From an uncultured Bacteroidales bacterium (GTDB taxonomy: Bacteria > Bacteroidota > Bacteroidia > Bacteroidales > JAGOPY01): a stretch of 64,000 bases of DNA. Of the stretch, positions 56,986-64,000 are shown piece by piece (position 1 is the first letter of the stretch; every line of letters begins with the position of its first letter). The stretch lies in contig CAVPBC010000003.1 of assembly GCA_963701785.1 (NCBI GenBank), forward strand, positions 481,556 through 545,555, given 5' to 3'. The notes beneath the pieces were generated by a model that made no database searches, was not told the DNA's origin, and saw nothing but the letters and a program-made list of their open reading frames with translations. Both the position numbers and the translations under genes were made by a program.

Positions 56986-59381
56986 GGAAAATCTTTTATT
57001 CTTGATAACTAAACCTTTTATCGTTTTTGTTTTTCTTTTTATCGGGGTCCAGGCTTACCCTCAGGAACGATTTACCCAGGTCATCAAAGGTAAGGTGGTT
57101 GAAAAAAGTACACTTATCCCTTTACCAGGAGCTTCAGTGGTTTTATTAAACTCAGACCCGGTCATAGGAACTGCGACAAACGAAAAAGGGGAATTCCGGA
57201 TAGAAGGAGTGCCGGTAGGGAGGCAAAGCATTCGCATCAGCTATATCGGTTATTTAGAAACTACCTTCTCCAATTTAAACATCACTACCGGGAAAGAACT
57301 CATTATCACGGTATTACTCGAAGAGACTATTGAGGTGATCGATGAAGTGATCATCCGGCCGGAAACAGGCAAAGATCAGCCCATCAACACCATGGCAGTC
57401 ATCAGTGCAAGGTCTTTCACGATTGAAGAAACAGAAAGGTACGCCGGCAGCGTGGGCGACCCATCCCGGATGGCATCAAATTTCGCCGGTGTTTCAACGC
57501 TTAGCGACATGCAGAACGAGATCGTCATCAGGGGCAATTCGCCCATGGGCCTTCTTTGGCGACTCGACGGTGTTGACATCCCGAATCCGAACCATTTCGC
57601 TTCACTTGGGGCAACAGGTGGCGGTCTCAGCATGATCAACAATAATACCCTTTCCAACTCCGATTTTTTCACCGGCGCTTTCCCGGCAGAATATGGCAAT
57701 GCGCTGAGCGGAGCATTCGACCTTAAAATGCGGAACGGGAATGACGATAAATATGAGTTCACTCTGCAGGCTGGTTTCAATGGTTTGGAAGCAGGTGCAG
57801 AGGGACCTGTCATAAAGAAAAATGGATCATCTTTCCTGTTCAATTATCGCTATTCTATGCTTTTGCTTGTCGACAAAATCATCGGCACAGAAGCACTTTC
57901 AGTGTCTGCAGTGCCTTTCTATCATGACTTTTCGATTAAGCTAAATTTTCCGGGCAGGAAGCATGGAAAATTTTCTATCACCGGGATAGGTGGCATCAGC
58001 GGGATCAATGAAATTGAATCGGATAAAGATTCGTCTGAATGGAAGCAGTTCCTGGCAGGGTTCTGATTATCATTTTGGTTCCCGCATGGGGACGCTCCTG
58101 GCAACACATACATATTTTTTCAACCCGAAAGTAAGACTTGAAAGCTATATCAGTATTTCGGGGGTTAACAGTATTATAGAGCAGGATACATTTACTGTAG
58201 TAAATATGGAACCTGCAGCACAAAGAAGGCAGGACTCGTGGCAGTCCACGCTGCAATTTGGCAGCAGTTTCCATAAAAAGCTGAACCTGAAAAACCATTA
58301 TGACATGGGGATAAACATCCAGTTCATCTTTTATAAGTTTCTGGATAAATCGGCAGGTGATGGTGATGAATTAATTCCTCTTATCGAGGTTAAAGGGAAT
58401 TCGATATTTCTGAAAGGATATTTTCAATGGCAGCATAAATTTTCCGACCAGTTGGTCATGAATGCAGGAATCGACGGGCTTTTTTTTGGCTATAACGGTA
58501 AACTTGCAGCTGATCCCAGGCTAAACTTTAAATGGCAGATAAATGGCAAGCAATCCCTGGGCATGGGGACCGGGATTTTCAGCCAGCTTCCCGAAGAGAT
58601 GTTTTATTTTATTGAGACAGAACTGCCCGACGGATCTGTTGCCCTGACCAACCGGGACCTTGGATACATGAGGAGCTTTCACCTTGTGCTGGGATATGAT
58701 TACCTGATTGCCAGGAACCTGCGCCTGAAGACGGAAGCATATTACCAGCATCTGTTTAATATACCTGTGAAGGAGAATGTTCCGGCATATTCCATGTTGA
58801 ATTTCGGTGAAGATTCATTTACTTCCTTACCAATCATCGATAGCTTGATAAGCAGCGGTACCGGAAATAATTTCGGGATCGAATTTACCCTGGAACGATT
58901 CCTGGATAAAGGTTACTATATCCTGTTTACTTCATCTTTATTCAAATCTGTTTATAAAGGATTCGACAAGATTGAACGCAATACTGCCTTCAGCAACAAC
59001 TTTGTTTTTAATCTCCTGACTGGAAAGGAATTCTGTATAAGAAAAAAGAACTTTCTGAACATCGACCTGAGGACCACCTGGGCCGGAGGGATGAGGTATG
59101 TTCCGTTTTATACTATCGAGGCAGATGAACATTATTACATTAAAGTTAATGAATGGGATAAAGCTTACCGGGAGCGGCGGCCCGATTATTTCCGACTGAA
59201 TGTGAGGATTGGATACAAAATGAATTTCAAAAAGGCCACGGCCGAGGTGGCAGTCGACCTGCTCAACCTAACTAATCAGAAAAATATCTACTTTGAATTT
59301 TATGACCCCTCCACCGGGGAGATCAAGACCGTTTACCAGCTGCCTTTCTTACCGGTGCCGCTGATCAGGGTGCAGTTTTAG
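56984..59381 (+). pseudogene. TonB-dependent-receptor-like outer-membrane protein (CarboxypepD_reg domain, plug, beta-barrel), one frame interruption
   Basis: Fragments 56984..58066 ('IKGKVVEKSTLIPLPGASVVLL...GEFRIEGVPVG', plug-like 'VISARSFTIEE') and 57990..59381 (beta-barrel ending '..LIRVQF'). The shift is near ~58030. Confidence 0.7.
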
Positions 59382-59394
59382 CAAGTCGTTTCAA

Positions 59395-59469
59395 ATGAAT
59401 CCTGAAAGGATTCAATTCGAATAGCCGGAATATGGTTATTCATTTGACGCCAACCACAACGTGGTTGAA
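59395..59469. repeat. 75-nt repeat, copy 1 (three hairpins)
   Basis: 'atgaatcctgaaaggattcaattcgaatagccggaatatggttattcatttgacgccaaccacaacgtggttgaa'. The stems are tgaatcc/ggattca and caaccac/gtggttg. Confidence 0.9.
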
Positions 59470-59471
59470 TA

Positions 59472-59927
59472 TCATGGAAGGTATTTTTCATTGTAATCAA
59501 TCTTATGTTCATCAAGCAATTGCTTGAATTCTTCCCTGAAATTTTTAACGCTGTGATGTTCTTCCTGGTTTTTAACGTATTCAATTAAATTATTCTTTGC
59601 ACTAATTGAATATGTGAAGGCTCCATAACCATCCTGCCATCCATTAAATCCGGGAAACATGGATTCTTTTTTTATAAAATCCGTTGTTGCCAGTTTAATA
59701 TCCTTTACCAGAGTGGCCAGCGAAACTGTCGGATGGATATGTGTTATTATATGCAGATGATCCGACTCTGCATTTATTCGATATAAATGGCATTCCTTAC
59801 TTTTTAAAATGCCATAGATATACATAAACAATTTTTCGCGATCTTTTTTACAAAGGCATTTTTTACGATTCCTTGTGGCGAATACGATTTGATACAAGAT
59901 TTGTGTGTAGGTGCTCATAAATTTCAT
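59472..59927 (-). CDS. tnpA: IS200/IS605-family Y1 (HUH) transposase, REP-associated (RAYT-like)
   Basis: 151 aa. 'STYTQILYQIVFATRNR', HUH motif 'DHLHIITHI', and catalytic Tyr region 'LIEYVKNQEEHH'. Confidence 0.9.
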   Translation of the reverse strand: MKFMSTYTQILYQIVFATRNRKKCLCKKDREKLFMYIYGILKSKECHLYRINAESDHLHIITHIHPTVSLATLVKDIKLATTDFIKKESMFPGFNGWQDGYGAFTYSISAKNNLIEYVKNQEEHHSVKNFREEFKQLLDEHKIDYNEKYLP

Positions 59928-59961
59928 TTTTATTAAACCCTTTCAGGGTTTTTGTTTGTAA

Positions 59962-60360
59962 ATCCGTTCATTACCTATTCAAATTGAAGCTCTTCGGGCT
60001 TGGGGGAAATATCCCGAATATTATCTATTCAAATTGAAGCCCTTCGGGCTTGGGGGAAATATCCCGAATATTATCTATTCAAATTGAAGCCCTTCGGGCT
60101 TGGGGGAAATAATCCGTTCATTACCTATTCAAATTGAAGCCCTTCGGGCTTGGGGAAGATATTCCGTTCATTACCTATTCAAATTGAAGCCCTTCGGGCT
60201 TGGGGGAAATAATCCGTTCATTACCTATTCAAATTGAAGCCCTTCGGGCTTGGGGGAAATATCCCTAATATTATCTATTCAAATTGAAGCCCTTCGGGCT
60301 TGGGGGAAATAATCCGTTTATTATTTATTCAAATTGAAGCCCTTCGGGCTTGGGCAGGAT
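59962..60360. repeat. 8 tandem copies of a 50-nt REP-like unit
   Basis: The unit has a conserved 36 nt 'ctattcaaattgaagcccttcgggcttgggggaaat' (hairpin aagccc-ttcg-gggctt) plus 14 nt in two alternating variants (atcccgaatattat / aatccgttcattac). Confidence 0.9.
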
Positions 60361-60405
60361 GAAATCCATCAAGGTTTTTAAATATCAATGATGCTATATT
60401 TAATT

Positions 60406-60480
60406 ATGAATCCTGAAAGGATTCAATTCGAATAGCCGGAATATGGTTATTCATTTGACGCCAACCACAACGTGGTTGAA
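60406..60480. repeat. 75-nt repeat, copy 2
   Basis: Identical to 59395-59469. Confidence 0.9.
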
Positions 60481-60623
60481 TTTTATGTCCTTTTGATATT
60501 AATCCGGGAAATGCCGTAAAAATACCCGGTCGATCATAAATATTTTTAGAAAAAGATTGTATCACGCATATGGCAAGGAATTGAGAGTTATTATTATATT
60601 TACGATTGGATTAATCATATTAA

Positions 60624-61845
60624 ATGAAAATTGCCATCATCGGCGGTGGGGCGGCAGGTTTTTTTGCAGCCATTTCGGCTAAAGAAAACTGTCCGGATGC
60701 CAGGGTTGTTATTTTTGAAAAATCTCACAAACTTCTTTCCAAGGTGGTGGTATCGGGAGGCGGCAGGTGCAATGTCACCAATGGTTGCGACTCGATAGAT
60801 GAACTCTGTAAAGCTTATCCCAGGGGAGGGAGAAGCCTGAAAAAAGCTTTTTATATCTTCAATAACAAACATACTATGAAATGGTTTGAGTCCCGTGGAG
60901 TTCCTCTGGTCATCCAGGATGATAACCGTGTTTTTCCCGCATCCCAGAGTTCGCATAGCATTGTCGATTGCTTTCTCCGGGAGGCGGAAAGACTGGGAAT
61001 TCAAATTAAAACGGAATCAGGTGTTCAGTCGATTACACCACTCGAGAATAGCATAAGAGTGGCCTTTTCAAAAAATGAACCATTGCCGGAGGATTTTGAT
61101 AAAGTAATTGTTGCCACCGGGGGTTCTCCGAAAAGAAGCGGACTGGAATGGCTTGAGGCTTTAAACCATAAAATCGAAGACCCAGTTCCTTCATTATTTT
61201 CTTTCAATATGCCTGATGAAAAAATATCCTCGCTGATGGGTGTTTCAGTTGATCATGCTATCGTGAGGATCCAGGGGTCAAAGCTTTCTTCATCAGGGCC
61301 TTTGCTGATCACACACTGGGGGATGAGCGGACCAGTGATTTTAAAACTATCATCTTTTGGGGCAAGGATATTAAATGAGATGGGCTATGACTTTAGGATC
61401 CAGGTCAATTGGGTGAATGAGCTGAATAACGGGCTGGTTTCTGAACAATTGAGAGATATTTCTGAAGGACATTCCCATAAATTACTGTCTAACTTCAGGC
61501 CTTATGCATTACCCGCAAGGTTATGGCTATATTTATTAGAGAAGATCGAATTACAGCCAGAAAAACCATGGGGCGAACTCGGTAAGAAAGGCATGAACAA
61601 GCTGGTAAATGTTTTGACCAATGATGAATACAAGGTGAACGGCAGGACGACATTCAAGGAAGAATTTGTCACCTGCGGGGGTGTAAGCCTGGATAGCGTC
61701 GATATGAGATACCATGCAGAGCAAAGTATGCAAAAACCTTTATTTTGCCGGTGAAGTATTAGATATTGACGCCATCACAGGCGGATTTAATTTCCAGGCC
61801 GCCTGGACGACAGGTTTTATTGCAGGGAAGGCATGTGTTATGTAG
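60624..61845 (+). pseudogene. HI0933/BaiN-family NAD(FAD) flavoprotein, one frame interruption near the 3' end
   Basis: 'KIAIIGGGAAGFFAAI' and 'SGGGRCNVTN'. Track ORF 60624..61754 leaves frame near ~61707. My translation of the next frame gives '[45 protein letters not shown]', the conserved C-terminus. Confidence 0.8.
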
Positions 61846-62182
61846 CAGCCTGCGTCCTCCCCACCAACCAGTAAGGTATCCCTTGCTCTGAGCCAGTTTG
61901 GTTCCAGTATGCTGGAGTAACCTTTTTATTATTCCTTGTGAGTAGGCTTTTCTGGTAAACGGCAATAACCGGGTTGAAAACAATGTCGGTGACACCGAGG
62001 GTGTATCTTTTCGGGTTTGCCGGAGGATCAGAGATTTCTTCCTGTATTTTCACTTCATAACCGTTGAATTGAAGCAGATCTGTTAAAAAATCCGCCCTTT
62101 CCCTGGTGATGCCGGTTTCAACAATGGTGCAGCGGACCCCGTCCACCTCTCCGACATTATGTTTTCCTTTATTCAATGGCAT
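61838..62182 (-). CDS. hypothetical protein
   Basis: Intact 114-aa ORF. I recognise no motif. It converges on the flavoprotein gene and overlaps it by 8 nt. Confidence 0.5.
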   Translation of the reverse strand: MPLNKGKHNVGEVDGVRCTIVETGITRERADFLTDLLQFNGYEVKIQEEISDPPANPKRYTLGVTDIVFNPVIAVYQKSLLTRNNKKVTPAYWNQTGSEQGIPYWLVGRTQAAT

Positions 62183-62219
62183 AATCTGAAAAAATTAAAT
62201 CCCGAAACTAGACTTCTGA

Positions 62220-63628
62220 TCATTTCGTATATCGGGCTGTAGAAACCCACAATAACAATACCGGCACACAGATGATCAACCCGGTCCTGGTCGCCCAGTC
62301 GCTCTTGAAATAGGCGATGGCTTCATCGCTCTTGGTCAGGAACATGGCTTTAATAACCAACAGATAATAGTAAAGTGAAACGATGGTGTTCAGTAAAGCG
62401 ATCAGCACCAGGTAATAAAATCCTTGCTCTGCGGCTGCAGTGAACAGGAAAAACTTCCCGAAGAAGCCGGCTACCGGCGGGATACCTGCCAGTGAAAAAA
62501 GCGCCAGCATCATGACCAGGCTGAGTTTTGGATTGGTGCGGTAAAGTCCGTTATAATCGTCCATATTCTCTTTTCCGGTGGCGTTGGCAATGGCCGCAAT
62601 AACCCCGAAAGCTCCCAGGTTGGAGAAGATGTAAATGAGGGAGAAATAGATCACTGAGCTCATACCCAGCGGACTGCTCCCGATGATACCAAGGAAAATA
62701 AAACCAGCCTGGGAGATGGAGGAGAAGGCGAGGAACCGTTTCAGATTCTTTTGTCTCAGCGCAAACAGGTTACCGATAGTCATCGTCATAACCGAAGTTA
62801 TCCAGAGCACATCCTGCCACATGCCGGTAACAGCCGGAAATACCTTGTATAAGGATCATCATCAGGATAAATACGGCAGCTCCTTTGGAAATGACAGACA
62901 GATAAGAGGTGATGCTGACCGGTGCGCCTTCATAAACATCGGCAGCCCAGAGGTGGAAAGGCACGATGGAGATTTTAAATGCCATGCCGCTGAAGAAGAA
63001 GATAAAGGCCAGGATCTGCAGTGGATTTGCCGAGAATGACCGTTGAAATGTTCGTGAAATAAATTGATCCGGTGGTTCCGTAGATCATAGAAATCCCGTA
63101 AAGCAAGATAGCAGACGACAGGGCGGAGGAAAGGATCAGTTTCACCCCGGCTTCAGCCGAACGGTTCTTGTGGCGTTCATAGGCTGCCAGAGCGGCCAGC
63201 GGAATGGTGGCCAGTTCCAGTCCAATGTAAAACATCAGGAAATCACCGGAGGAGATCATGAAGTTCATCCCGATCAGGGTTGAGATGATCAGAAGGAAAT
63301 ACTCGCTCACTTTCGGGTGGTTTTCAGGATGCCTGATCCAGGTCCATGACTGCATAAAGACGATCAGCACACCGATATTCAGAACATTTTTCATCAGGGT
63401 GATGGTGCCGTTGGTATGGAACATACCGCCGAACAGTATCCCTTCCCGCAGGGGCAGGAAGCCGATGATCGTATGAACCAGGAAAAGCCCTATGGCCAGG
63501 GGTACTACCCTCTGCTTGACTTTGTCATCCATTGCCAGTTCAGCAATCAGGATGATCATTGTGATGATTGTCAGCACAATTTCGTGCCGCATCAATAAAA
63601 GGTTTTCAAATGTCATAACAAGTATCAT
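62220..63628 (-). pseudogene. nuoN: NADH-quinone oxidoreductase subunit N, frame interrupted twice
   Basis: Fragments are 62975..63628 (start 'MILVMTFENLLLMRHEIVL'), 62770..62985 ('[21 protein letters not shown]', the conserved NuoN motif) and 62220..62822. Shifts are near ~62980 and ~62800. Confidence 0.8.
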
Positions 63629-64000
63629 TGTTCTATTGTTCCAATAGTTCCAAAGTTCCAGCCCCAGGTGGGCGTCTAACGGTATCACCATCACCGTCAG
63701 TCTATCCACGATCGGCCCCAGGCTATTCATGATCATATCCGACAGCCAGAGCGGGAACATACCGATGGCGGTAATACCAACGATCAGCAATCCGACTGAA
63801 AACTTTTCATACCATCTGGCATCGCCGAGCTGCAAGATGATGGTCATCTCTTATCGGGCCGAGCAGCAGGATGGCGATAACACGCAGGATATATACGGCG
63901 GTGATCACGATGGAAGAGGCCGCAACGATGGTGGCTACCCGGTGAAAAATGTCAGCGTGCTGGAATGCGCCGAAGAAAACGGTCATTTCAGCCACGAATC
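63629..64000 (-). pseudogene. nuoM: NADH-quinone oxidoreductase subunit M, 3' part (5' end outside window), frame interrupted and no in-frame stop before nuoN
   Basis: Fragments 63807..63995 ('AEMTVFFGAFQ...') and the upstream part of track ORF 62975..63847 ('DARWYEKFSVGLLIVGITAIGMFPLWL'). The shift is near ~63830. The frame then runs through the spacer repeat into nuoN. Confidence 0.6.

Larger units (their letters stand above)
59395..60480 (-). mobile_element. RAYT/IS200-like transposase locus bounded by identical 75-nt direct repeats and containing a REP tandem array
   Basis: See the component features. 59395-59469 and 60406-60480 are identical by my base-by-base comparison. Confidence 0.7.

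Noticed and set aside
59962-60360. A 50-nt periodic array next to a nuclease-like gene: could it be a CRISPR array?
   Set aside because: The 'spacers' are only 14 nt and come in just two alternating variants. The conserved part is a simple REP-type hairpin. The adjacent gene is an HUH transposase, not a cas gene.
41147-64000. Programmed ribosomal frameshifting or recoding as the explanation for the split genes
   Set aside because: There are too many events, in unrelated genes, without shared slippery motifs. Sequence error or decay is far more parsimonious.

Overview
64-kb window from a Bacteroidota-type chromosome. Evidence for that: a T9SS C-terminal sorting domain, fused ccoNO, alternative complex III, DUF4492-cydAB and TAnnTTTG-type -7 boxes. 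Nearly all genes are on the minus strand. There are three blocks. (i) 1-2.9 kb is housekeeping: a serine-hydrolase fragment, a GT4 glycosyltransferase and a ZIP transporter. (ii) ~2.97-15.7 kb is an AT-rich accessory island that I read as an integron-like gene-cassette array. It holds at least 11 coding units, all on the minus strand, separated by GC-rich imperfect palindromes of 104-317 nt that begin ..TAAC and end GTTA... Each unit is flanked by its own 12-19 nt inverse-complementary ends. The array abuts the 3' end of a Xer-like tyrosine recombinase that, by eye, lacks the IntI-specific insertion. Cassette cargo: four toxin-antitoxin modules (one truncated), a stand-alone TIR protein, an Ntn-hydrolase fused to a polytopic membrane domain, three unknown proteins and several decayed cassettes. 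(iii) 15.7-64 kb is core genome dominated by a ~31-kb aerobic-respiration supercluster: cydAB, ctaB, a caa3 oxidase with SCO, the cbb3 ccoI-S-NO-Q-P-G-H cluster, ccsBA and ACIII actABCDEF. After it come LemA/TPM, htpG, ilvE, an outer-membrane receptor, a RAYT/IS200-like transposase with a REP array, a BaiN-like flavoprotein and nuoN/nuoM. Two further oddities stand out. Paired 7-8-bp tandem-repeat arrays occupy many intercistronic spacers. ORF integrity collapses at ~41.1 kb: about 24 frame disruptions in the last 23 kb against none in the core genes to the left. I saw no rRNA, tRNA or CRISPR array.
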